This document shows, piece after piece, positions 1 to 8,139 of a stretch of 32,000 nt of DNA (its first letter is position 1; the number at the start of each line of letters is the position of its first letter). The stretch is from Promethearchaeota archaeon (GTDB lineage Archaea; Asgardarchaeota; Hermodarchaeia; Hermodarchaeales; Hermodarchaeaceae): assembly GCA_048938295.1 (NCBI GenBank), contig JBHLMI010000002.1:60001-92000 (forward strand), written 5' to 3'. The position numbers and the translations under genes are program-made. Under the pieces are notes generated by a model. It had not been told where the DNA came from. It worked only from the letters and a program-made list of their open reading frames with translations, and made no database searches.

Positions 1-1065
1 TGCCCCGACATATCCTGCAATATTAGGCAAGATGTATACGACACATTGTGGTGGAAGATTAAGACCTAATTGACTGGCAGATACTTCAAGGGGACCCCGA
101 AAGGGAGGAACAAACGGTCCATAACCAAGATGGGTGGTATCTAAACCAAGGAAAAGACTCGTCATCACCGTATTCCCTACAACGATGACCTCAAATATCT
201 GGTCAGCGAAAGCATCAGAGGACACCAGTTTGCCAAGAAGAGTATTCACACCCTCAATTACTGCAGATTGTAATTCCTTCCTCGTTTCTAATCCAACTGC
301 AGCGTAACTTAGCCGTGTCATAATATCCTCCCCAAATCGCAGTTGTGGATTCTCAATGCCTCCTGATGAAATCAGCTTAGCGGATGTTAACGAATAGAGG
401 CTACCTGCTATCTTTGATGTTCCGATATCCAATGCGCATCCATAGATGCTTTCGCGAGCATCTCCCGCTTGAATATCAAGGAGTTGAAACTGGTTACGAA
501 TTATCAAAGTAACCTCGCCATTGGCTTTGCGTACCGCCTGCGGTGTCTTTGTAATCACGGGAAGGGGATATTCCCAACGAGTGATGCCTTTATACTGTGG
601 ATTCTTAGCTAAGCTAGCAAGAACCCTTTCGGTGTCTGGTTTAGATTCATTCGGATTGACACTAGAAACCCGAAGAAGAAGAGCATGCAGAGCAGGGCTA
701 AAGTGTATCGGACGTAGAGTGCCAGTGATTTGTAATTGGCGTCGTGAAACATGGGTTGCAGTTGGAATAGTAATAATCAGATCTGTTTCACCGTTTATAC
801 GAGCCTGACAGGCTAACCGAAACCCAGCTTTCTGTTGGTCGCTAGTTAATTGGATTCGCTCAGCAGATGTAAGCGGGTTTAGACCAGTTTGAGGTTCAAT
901 GTGAACACGACATTTGCCACAGGTCCCCTGACCTCCACATTCAGAACGCAGCTGGATACCCACCTGACTTGCCACATCAAGTACTGTAAAGTTCTTCTGG
1001 ATTTGTATTCGCCGCCTATCTGGCTCGAAGGTAACTTCCACGTCATCCAAACTTGTATACTCCAT
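1..1065 (-). CDS. ASKHA-domain reductive activator of corrinoid proteins (RACo/DUF4445-like) with N-terminal 2Fe-2S ferredoxin; 3' end runs off the window
   Basis: Hand translation from ATG 1065 is open to base 1 (355 codons): MEYTSLDDVEVTFEPD..ECGGQGTCGKC..RLACQ (2Fe-2S motif), then YGCALDIGTSK (ASKHA phosphate-1), ENPQLRFGEDIMTRL, VVGNTVM and LPNIAGYVGA. Not in the ORF track because no stop lies inside the window. Confidence 0.9.
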   Translation of the reverse strand, partial: MEYTSLDDVEVTFEPDRRRIQIQKNFTVLDVASQVGIQLRSECGGQGTCGKCRVHIEPQTGLNPLTSAERIQLTSDQQKAGFRLACQARINGETDLIITIPTATHVSRRQLQITGTLRPIHFSPALHALLLRVSSVNPNESKPDTERVLASLAKNPQYKGITRWEYPLPVITKTPQAVRKANGEVTLIIRNQFQLLDIQAGDARESIYGCALDIGTSKIAGSLYSLTSAKLISSGGIENPQLRFGEDIMTRLSYAAVGLETRKELQSAVIEGVNTLLGKLVSSDAFADQIFEVIVVGNTVMTSLFLGLDTTHLGYGPFVPPFRGPLEVSASQLGLNLPPQCVVYILPNIAGYVGA

Positions 1066-1207
1066 CCATTTTTTCGATACGGAGTGGTAGTTTTATTCAA
1101 ATAATAAACGCTGAAATTTTAAGCCGTCATATATATGACTAGCATTGTAGATTATAAGGGATAAATCCATACAGTAAATGGTCTTTACCCTTGAGGTGAT
1201 ACACAAC

Positions 1208-1486
1208 TTGGCAGAAACTCCTCCCACTGGTCCACCATCTGGTCCACCATCTGGTCCACCATCTGGTCCACCTCCAGCTGCAGCACCACCGGCTCAACCC
1301 ACAGCCCCACCAAAGCCAGAAGAAAAGCCTCTTGCTCCAGATCAATGTCCCCGTTGCCGTAGTGATGCAACGACGATTTTACGCAAAGTTCCCATTGCCT
1401 ACGGTCATGAGGTCACACGAAAATGTGACAAATGTGGGAACATTTGGAAATACACCTCTAAGTTTGGCGCTGGTGCCTGGCCATAA
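1208..1486 (+). CDS. Small protein with proline-rich N-terminus and C-terminal C4 zinc ribbon
   Basis: GAGGTGAT SD at about 1193-1200 precedes TTG 1208, in frame with track ORF 1178..1486. 19 of the first 46 residues are Pro, followed by CPRC-x22-CDKCGNIW. Confidence 0.8.
   Translation: MAETPPTGPPSGPPSGPPSGPPPAAAPPAQPTAPPKPEEKPLAPDQCPRCRSDATTILRKVPIAYGHEVTRKCDKCGNIWKYTSKFGAGAWP
1229..1272 (+). repeat. 12-bp tandem repeat (GGTCCACCATCT)x3 plus partial copy, encoding (GPPS)n
   Basis: Three perfect copies at 1229, 1241 and 1253, then GGTCCACC at 1265-1272. In frame within the Pro-rich CDS. Confidence 0.95.
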
Positions 1487-1600
1487 AATGCCCTCCAACC
1501 CTAACGGTCCATGCAAGGGAACTACTTGAGATGCTGCACAGCTGGTTTGTGAACTGGTGAATTAAGTCTGAGACACAATTGAGGAAAAGAAGAGAGTATC

Positions 1601-1762
1601 TTAGGCCTGTTGAAATCCGTAGCAGGAGGATTTGTCAGTAAGAAGGAGATAATGGGTGTCCCCTTTCTTTGCAAAGGGGTTCACACTAGTACAGGTTCCA
1701 GTTTTCTTATCGTAATTTTTACAGTTGAGGCAAATGGATTTTACAGACATTTCATCAGGCAT
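1601..1762 (-). CDS. Small Cys4 putative metal-binding protein (start uncertain: 1762, 1777 or 1789)
   Basis: MPDEMSVKSICLNCKNYDKKTGTC..SSCYGFQQA has a C-x2-C-x9-C-x22-C-x2-F pattern and fills the gap before cinA. The overlapping + strand ORF has no features. Confidence 0.5.
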   Translation of the reverse strand: MPDEMSVKSICLNCKNYDKKTGTCTSVNPFAKKGDTHYLLLTDKSSCYGFQQA

Positions 1763-1908
1763 TATTTTCCGTGTCATGGCACATTGCACCCACTGAATAT
1801 TCGGTTTAAGGATGTGGGTGTGCTAAAATCTTTTCCATCACTCTATTTCAGGAAAAGTTACACCCAAATAATACCTTTACTGCAAGATAACATAATGGAG
1901 GACTATAC

Positions 1909-2433
1909 ATGACCATGGTGCACTCTTTGCTAGAAGAAGTACAAGAAAGCGTGAGAGGATTAGTTGATCAAATTGCCCATGAGCTAACGAAACGAAAAGC
2001 TACCCTAATGGTCGCTGAATCTGCAACTGGAGGATTAATTCAGCATCTGTTAACCCAAATTCCCGGAAGCTCAGCGTTTTATTATGGAGGGGTTGTCGCC
2101 TATGCCACCGAACTGAAACACCGGTTACTCCAGGTACCTGAATCCACTCTCAGACAATATGGCTCAGTAAGCCAAGAAACCGTCGCAGCGATGGCAAATA
2201 GTATTAGGCTCTGGTTAAATACAGATTACGGACTTGCATCCTCAGGGATTGCAGGACCAACCGGAGAAACGGAAACGAAACCAGTGGGACTTGTGATTGT
2301 TGGCGTATCGCACCACTCTTTTGAAACAGTCACGCGAGAGCACCATTTCAAGGGTACACGAAGCGATAATAAATACCGTTTCAGTCATGCAGCGCTTCAA
2401 TTACTCCTTGATTGCATTCTTCAAGAGAATTAA
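1909..2433 (+). CDS. cinA: CinA C-terminal domain / nicotinamide-nucleotide amidohydrolase (PncC) family protein
   Basis: MVAESATGGLI, PGSSAFYYGGVVAY, GSVSQETVAAMA, SGIAGPTG and KPVGLV motifs. GGAGG SD upstream. Confidence 0.9.
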   Translation: MTMVHSLLEEVQESVRGLVDQIAHELTKRKATLMVAESATGGLIQHLLTQIPGSSAFYYGGVVAYATELKHRLLQVPESTLRQYGSVSQETVAAMANSIRLWLNTDYGLASSGIAGPTGETETKPVGLVIVGVSHHSFETVTREHHFKGTRSDNKYRFSHAALQLLLDCILQEN

Positions 2434-2478
2434 GTTTAACTCGGCGGAAATCTCTTAAAGTACCACCCAAAACGACAC

Positions 2479-3396
2479 ATGAAAGCGATGCCTCCCTTTT
2501 CAGGATATCCCAACTACCTCGAGCCTCCTGTCTTTCGCCCGCCCAGCGAAGCTAACAGTCTTATCCTTCAAGCCACTCTCGGTTGTTCCCATAATGCCTG
2601 CACTTTTTGTGGCAGCTACCGCACCAAAAAGTTTAGGGTTAAACCGTTTTCTCAATTCCAAAAGGAGGTACACCGCTTAGGCCGTGAATATCAAATCCAC
2701 CCACGACGAATTTTCTTAGCGGATGGAGACGCATTCGTGCTTCCAACTTCCCAATTACTCAACATTTTAAACTTACTCACTCAAGAATTCCCTAGTGTTG
2801 AACGGATCAGTATCTACGCCAGTGGCACAAATATTCAACGAAAATCCGACAAAGACCTCGCACAGCTTCGGAAAGCCGGACTCGAAATGATATACATTGG
2901 TCTAGAATCCGGTGATGACACCGTTTTAAAGAAAGTCAACAAAGGAATTTCGAATCAGGAACATATCAAAGCCTCCCGTAGGCTGATACACGCTGGCTTC
3001 ATATTATCTCCCATCATCATCTTAGGACTTGGTGGAAAGGATCTGAGTCAACAGCACGCCAATAATACAGCTGAGACCATCAATGCAATTGACCCACCTT
3101 ACCTAGCCGCATTAACCTTAATGCTGGTGCCAGGTACTGAACTTCACACACAAACTGAGAGAGGAGAGTTCGACCCACTTACACCTATTGAAATTCTCCA
3201 AGAGCTCAGGGCTCTTATTGATGGATTAACGAAACTGACAAATTGTGTGTTTCGAACTAATCATGCATCAAATTACCTCCCCCTTCGTGGTGTATTATCT
3301 CAAGACCGCGAGATATTTCTTCAGAAAATCGATTCTGTCCTAGCGGACCCGAATGCGATAAGTCGACTACGTCCAGATTATATCCGCCGCTTATAA
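2479..3396 (+). CDS. Radical SAM protein (RPPSEA..SLILQ family), function unknown
   Basis: FRPPSEANSLILQATLGCSHNACTFC, IFLADGDA, IYIGLESGDD and FRTNHASNYLPLRG motifs. Confidence 0.85.
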   Translation: MKAMPPFSGYPNYLEPPVFRPPSEANSLILQATLGCSHNACTFCGSYRTKKFRVKPFSQFQKEVHRLGREYQIHPRRIFLADGDAFVLPTSQLLNILNLLTQEFPSVERISIYASGTNIQRKSDKDLAQLRKAGLEMIYIGLESGDDTVLKKVNKGISNQEHIKASRRLIHAGFILSPIIILGLGGKDLSQQHANNTAETINAIDPPYLAALTLMLVPGTELHTQTERGEFDPLTPIEILQELRALIDGLTKLTNCVFRTNHASNYLPLRGVLSQDREIFLQKIDSVLADPNAISRLRPDYIRRL

Positions 3397-3455
3397 GAAA
3401 GGCTTAACCTGTATCAAAGTGACTAGCATGAGCAGATATTAGGAGTAGGTATACC

Positions 3456-3635
3456 ATGAGTCTTGATCCAGATGATTTCAACCCTCTTGCACGGCGTGAG
3501 CCTCAACCAATTCATCCAAAGGATCCCCGACACACTGTCGATGCAGACATTGTCACATTGCTTCGTCAACTGATGATCCGAGTGGAACGGCTTGAAGAGG
3601 ATATGCGGAAAGTGAAAGAGAAACTAAACCTGTAA
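3456..3635 (+). CDS. 59-aa hypothetical protein with C-terminal coiled coil (below ORF-track cutoff)
   Basis: AGGAGTAGGT SD-like motif then ATG 3456: MSLDPDDFNPLARREPQPIHPKDPRHTVDADIVTLLRQLMIRVERLEEDMRKVKEKLNL*. Its TAA directly abuts the stop of the convergent M1 gene at 3636. Confidence 0.7.
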   Translation: MSLDPDDFNPLARREPQPIHPKDPRHTVDADIVTLLRQLMIRVERLEEDMRKVKEKLNL

Positions 3636-5582
3636 TTATTTTGAACGGCGTTGACGAACGAGAATAATAACTCCCACCAACACCGCAGCTGCAACAACTC
3701 CCCCTATTGCTAAGGGGATGAGAGCGCCAGGGAATAGACCCAAGAAAATAAAGTCCAATTGGTATTGACATACTAGAAGCCTTTCGGGATCAAGTGTTAG
3801 TTGTACAGGTGATGCTGAAAGTAAAAGTTCATGAGTTGTAATTGATTGTGCCTCCATCCAAACCCAAGCTATGTCAGAAGACAAACCAAAATTGACACTA
3901 ACTGGTACTCGTAAACGTACTGGTGTTGGTTGGTATTGCTGCAATTGAAAGGTAAGGACCCAACCGGATTCATTCTGTTGGAGGGTATAGGCACCAATTC
4001 CCAAAGTGATTACTCCACTCCCATAAATCCAAGGATTGAAAAACCAGTCCAGTGATTCACCTATTGCCACTTCAAATAGATCTTGGAGTGAATGGGTTCG
4101 GATATTCTGGTGGATGGTTTCAGAGTAGATGTACTGCCACGCTTCATAGAAGGTCTGGTTTCCAAGTTGGTGACGTAACATATCAAGTAGGAGGGCGCTT
4201 TTTGCATAGACGATGCGTCCATAGGCATACCAATCGGCGGTTTGCCAGTAGGCCATGGATTGGTTGACGCTTTTATCGCCTTCAGAATCCACGTAGTCCC
4301 AATATTGGTCTAGGTCAGTTTGACGATAGTTCATCCTTTCAACCAGACCATAGCTGTATTCTATCCATACATATTCGGTGAAGGATGCAAACCCCTCATC
4401 GATCCATGGTTCTGTATAACTGTCTGTACCTATTGTGAAAGGAATCCATTCATGCCCAATCTCATGAGCAGTAACATAGGCTAGCGAAGAGAGCCCTTCG
4501 GGATTCCAATACAAAGGGAGTCCAATCATGACGAGCTGGGGATATTCCATGCCACCTGCCCAAATGTCAGCCTCCACAATCGCTAGACTTTCCCACGGGT
4601 AGGGGCCGAAAAGGTTCCCATAAATTTCCAAGCATTGCTCGGCCACTTCAAGAACACGTGCACCAGCGAGAGAGTGATCTGCAACATAATAACTGGTGAC
4701 ATTGATGCCCTGTGTGAGTAGGCTTGCGGTGTCATAATTAGGGCTTGCACACCAAGTAAAATCACGAACAGGACCTGTTGTGAAATGCCAATCCTTTGTG
4801 GTTGTATCAGCTTGAATGGATTGCAGCTCCCCTGTTGCAGCCACTATATAATCAGCTGGAACCGTGACTGTCACATTATAGGTTGCGACATCACAGTAGA
4901 AGCTTTCTCCCATATGGGAGTAGGGCTTGGTATCCCAGCCTCGGTCATCGTATACAGCAACGATGGGGTGCCAGTTACCCATATTGTATGCGAGGAAATC
5001 GAAGGGATCAGTACGATTCAACCATCCAAACCGGTCCCCGCTTTCAGGCACTGTCACTTGCCAATCAATCGTCAAGGTCACAATCCCATTGGGGAGTAAT
5101 AGTCCCGGTCCTGAACCCCCAACCAAATCCACTGCTAAGACTGTTTGATCTATTCCTGCAATGGTATATCCCAGAGGTTGGCCAGTGTACATAACATCAA
5201 AGATTTCCATTCCACCCTCGGGCAGAAAGGCGTTCGGGTATAGATGGAAGTATAATTCCGAGAATGCCACCTCTGCATGGTTTACGTACGTGATAATAGT
5301 GTGTCCAGTTACATTGTGGCTCCAATCCTGCAGAAATGCAGTAATTGTGTAGTTTGTGATGGGTGATGGAGCGCCCATTAGAGCACGAGAAGCAGACTCC
5401 CCCTTATCAACAGCTAGCAGGGATGCAGAATCTGGACTATTCTTACTAGTAAGGATTTGGGGCCGGTTAATATCCTGTGCAAAAGATGAAGTATCTGTAA
5501 GCGAGCTTGTGGGATTTATAACCACTGACACAAAAGTGCAAAGAAGACTCAGTATGATTAGATTTCGTAGCCGCAATGGCAT
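3636..5582 (-). CDS. Secreted, C-terminally membrane-anchored M1-family (gluzincin) aminopeptidase
   Basis: Signal-like N-terminus, LYFHLYPNAF, GGMEYP (GxMEN-like), HEIGH..18..DEG zinc motif, YAKSALLL, and a C-terminal hydrophobic helix followed by RQRRSK. Confidence 0.9.
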   Translation of the reverse strand: MPLRLRNLIILSLLCTFVSVVINPTSSLTDTSSFAQDINRPQILTSKNSPDSASLLAVDKGESASRALMGAPSPITNYTITAFLQDWSHNVTGHTIITYVNHAEVAFSELYFHLYPNAFLPEGGMEIFDVMYTGQPLGYTIAGIDQTVLAVDLVGGSGPGLLLPNGIVTLTIDWQVTVPESGDRFGWLNRTDPFDFLAYNMGNWHPIVAVYDDRGWDTKPYSHMGESFYCDVATYNVTVTVPADYIVAATGELQSIQADTTTKDWHFTTGPVRDFTWCASPNYDTASLLTQGINVTSYYVADHSLAGARVLEVAEQCLEIYGNLFGPYPWESLAIVEADIWAGGMEYPQLVMIGLPLYWNPEGLSSLAYVTAHEIGHEWIPFTIGTDSYTEPWIDEGFASFTEYVWIEYSYGLVERMNYRQTDLDQYWDYVDSEGDKSVNQSMAYWQTADWYAYGRIVYAKSALLLDMLRHQLGNQTFYEAWQYIYSETIHQNIRTHSLQDLFEVAIGESLDWFFNPWIYGSGVITLGIGAYTLQQNESGWVLTFQLQQYQPTPVRLRVPVSVNFGLSSDIAWVWMEAQSITTHELLLSASPVQLTLDPERLLVCQYQLDFIFLGLFPGALIPLAIGGVVAAAVLVGVIILVRQRRSK

Positions 5583-5615
5583 ATCACCGATTCAGGATTC
5601 TTTGTAGAATATGAT

Positions 5616-5651
5616 AAGAAAAAGTATTCGAAGGGAGCAATAGCGCCCTTC
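5616..5651 (-). terminator. Possible terminator hairpin plus T-tract after the feo operon
   Basis: On the minus strand GAAGGG-CGCTATTGCT-CCCTTC (5651-5630) is followed by GAATACTTTTTCTT, about 30 nt past the stop of the last feo gene. Confidence 0.35.
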
Positions 5652-5683
5652 AAAAGATAATTAGAAAAAGATGCAATTCTAAA

Positions 5684-5833
5684 TCAGGCGTCTTCGGGAA
5701 CAGCTGGAAATTCATACCCACAATTGGGACACGCAATGGCTCCGCATGCACGGGCCATCATGCAGCCGGCACACCCAGTGGCCTGAGTTTTTTCGAATTT
5801 TCGACCACACATTGGACATTGGTATGTTGTCAT
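5684..5833 (-). CDS. 49-aa seven-cysteine protein downstream of feoB (FeoC-like role possible)
   Basis: AGGAGG SD before ATG 5833: MTTYQCPMCG..GCAGCMMARACGAIACPNCGYEF. The longer track ORF to 6037 overlaps feoB and is not supported. Confidence 0.8.
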   Translation of the reverse strand: MTTYQCPMCGRKFEKTQATGCAGCMMARACGAIACPNCGYEFPAVPEDA

Positions 5834-5898
5834 GATGTTGTTCCTCCTTAAGGGGGTTTTATTTGTTATGGGTCTAAACACCGTTAACCTTTTGAAGC

Positions 5899-8118
5899 TT
5901 ATGGAAATCCCAGACCGAGCATGATGTAGTTGGCAACTCCGCCGAGGAAGAAGGCTAAAATAATGGTTGAGGTTGCGAGGATGAGAGTATATTTCCATCG
6001 ATATTCGCGGAACAATACTGCGATCGTGGCAATACATGGAATGTAAATTGTAGTTACGAGGGCAAAGACGAACATTTGACGTGTGGTCATGAAGGTATTG
6101 ATGGGACCATTCGCCAAAATAACCAAGAGTTCAACAGTGAGTTCTTTGCGAAGAACGCCGTAAACGAGGGCAGCAGCGACTTCTGGAGGTAACCCGAGCC
6201 ATCCGACCACTAGCGGTGCGGTCCATAGGCTGACCACATGGAGATAAGAGAACTCAGGGGTTGGGAAGTAAAGTAGAAGTCCTAGTACTGCACCTCCGAT
6301 GATGATGAGAGGAAGCGCGATGTAAATGAATTCGCGGAATCGAAGCCAGGTCTTTTTGATGGTGGGCTTGAGTCGTGGAGCGCGTAGGGGTGGAATTTCC
6401 ATGACGAGCCCATGAGAAACACCTGGGAGTGTATTTTGGAGTAAGGCACCTAGGCCAATGATAATCCCAAAAACAATGGCGAGAATGATAAAGGCTAAGA
6501 AGATCGAGGCATATAAGCCAACGGTGCCAAGAATTACTGCCAGCTGAGCTGAACAGGGAACGAGAACGACGAGAAAGCCTGCGATGAGGCGTTCACGGCG
6601 TGTGGAAAGTATACGCGTCGCTAGAACAGCGGGTACGTTACATCCCATACCTGTCAATAGGGGAATGATTGCGCGACCATGAAGACCAAATCGGTGCATG
6701 AAGGCATCTAAGAGGAAGGCGATACGTGCCATGTATCCGGTATCTTCGAGGATAGAGAGGATGATGTAGAATGTGGCTACGAATGGGACAGCGATGAATA
6801 ACCAGGCTTGGATGCCTAAGACTAAACCATAATAGAGGATAACTTGAACGATGGTCGAGGGAAGATAGGTGGTGATGAGGTATTCTGCTGTTGGATTGAT
6901 GAACACTTCCCAGAACTCACCAACCGTCGCATCGAATATAGCGCCTGCAGCAAACATAAGGAGGAGTGATCCAATAAGGACCAGAAAGGCAATTGGAAGG
7001 CCAAAAATCCGATCTGTGAGTATGGCTGAGATTCTTTCCGTGAGCGGTACACGTTTACCTTTTCCATGCTGAACCTGCTCGGTGAGATAGACGGCATATT
7101 GTTGGCGTTTTTCACCCAGTATGAGAACGATGTCTCCTTCAAATTCCTCTTCGATTTCCGTTCGAATCGTTTTCACGAGGGTAAGGGCTTCTTCGGATTC
7201 AAGGCTATTTTCAATGCAGGTGGCACACTGAGCGTATTCTTCGAGTAATTGTTGAGAAAGGATACGAAGGGGAAGGTTCATTGGGCAGAGTTGCATTTGA
7301 GTTAGGCGTTGTTCTAGTCTTTGCAGTTTTGCTTCGATACCATCAGGAAACAAGAACTTCCGCGGATTTTGTTGAGCCCCCTTATAGACACCATTTTTGG
7401 CGGCAATGCGGAGAAGGAGTTTCAGATTTGTCCCCTGGGTTGCCACGGTGGGTATAACAGGAACACCTAGCAGCGCTTCAAGTTTCTTTTCATCGATTTC
7501 GATGCCCATCCGTCGGGCTAAATCCACCTGGTTTAAGCATACGACAAGGGGGATTTTAAATTCGAGTAAGGCAATGGTGAGAAGCAGATTACGAGGAAGG
7601 TTGGTTGCATCAACGACATTAACAATGACATCGGGTGTGTCTTGTTGTAGGTATCGGAGTGTAACTTTTTCGTCTTCTGTTGAGGGACTAACGATTGTAT
7701 ACGAACCAGGCAAATCGACAATATCGAGTTGCACACCCTCAGTAGCCTCATCAAAATCTTTCAGTGTCCACCTCCGAAAGTGCTTACCGATTCCTCTCCA
7801 GTGTTGACGACGACCATACCTTCCTTTTCGAAAAAGTCTGTCATCCTGTTGGAATTCATCTTCCTCTATTGATTCCCAGTCTTTGAGTCCTGGACGCCAT
7901 CGTGGAGAGTAGACCTCATGATAGGAGAGAAAGACCGTCCCTTCAAGGATTTCCACTGTTGTTCCTGGGTAATTGGAGACTATAGCCCCTAGCCCCGTCC
8001 AGTAGTTGAAGATCACACTCTTTCCAACATTCGGTTGACCCACTAAGGCAATCCGTAAGCGACTCGGTTCAGGGAATTGCCTCTTATAGCGAAACTTCCG
8101 TTTGCGTGGGCCCTTCAT
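5899..8118 (-). CDS. feoB: Ferrous iron transporter FeoB
   Basis: G1 GQPNVGKS, G2 NYPGTT, G3 DLPG, G4 NQVD. Membrane domain has GYMARIAFLLD, GMGCNVPA, VPCSAQL, VMEIPP and IYIPCIAT. Confidence 0.97.
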   Translation of the reverse strand: MKGPRKRKFRYKRQFPEPSRLRIALVGQPNVGKSVIFNYWTGLGAIVSNYPGTTVEILEGTVFLSYHEVYSPRWRPGLKDWESIEEDEFQQDDRLFRKGRYGRRQHWRGIGKHFRRWTLKDFDEATEGVQLDIVDLPGSYTIVSPSTEDEKVTLRYLQQDTPDVIVNVVDATNLPRNLLLTIALLEFKIPLVVCLNQVDLARRMGIEIDEKKLEALLGVPVIPTVATQGTNLKLLLRIAAKNGVYKGAQQNPRKFLFPDGIEAKLQRLEQRLTQMQLCPMNLPLRILSQQLLEEYAQCATCIENSLESEEALTLVKTIRTEIEEEFEGDIVLILGEKRQQYAVYLTEQVQHGKGKRVPLTERISAILTDRIFGLPIAFLVLIGSLLLMFAAGAIFDATVGEFWEVFINPTAEYLITTYLPSTIVQVILYYGLVLGIQAWLFIAVPFVATFYIILSILEDTGYMARIAFLLDAFMHRFGLHGRAIIPLLTGMGCNVPAVLATRILSTRRERLIAGFLVVLVPCSAQLAVILGTVGLYASIFLAFIILAIVFGIIIGLGALLQNTLPGVSHGLVMEIPPLRAPRLKPTIKKTWLRFREFIYIALPLIIIGGAVLGLLLYFPTPEFSYLHVVSLWTAPLVVGWLGLPPEVAAALVYGVLRKELTVELLVILANGPINTFMTTRQMFVFALVTTIYIPCIATIAVLFREYRWKYTLILATSTIILAFFLGGVANYIMLGLGFP

Positions 8119-8139
8119 TCTTCAATCTACCTCGTGGTG

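Noticed and set aside
521-1104. Track ORFs 521..808, 879..1100 and 889..1104
   Set aside because: They overlap the clearly recognisable RACo-like frame (1..1065, minus) and show no motifs.
1229-1272. Tandem repeat as a mini-CRISPR or mobile-element end
   Set aside because: Units are 12 bp, directly adjacent with no spacers, and in frame in a CDS.
1139-1370. Minus-strand ORFs with (WTRW)n and (VDQM)n repeats
   Set aside because: These are alternative-frame readings of the same 12-bp repeat. The + frame has the SD and the zinc ribbon.
1610-1912. 100-aa + strand ORF before cinA
   Set aside because: No motif or SD, and it is antisense to a more protein-like Cys4 ORF.
5834-6037. N-terminal extension of the Cys-rich ORF given in the track (117 aa)
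   Set aside because: It overlaps the feoB 3' end. A strong AGGAGG SD supports ATG 5833.
7738-7926. FeoB insertion as an intein or intron
   Set aside because: Too short for an intein, with no Cys/Ser start or His-Asn end. The frame is open and I saw no bulge-helix-bulge.
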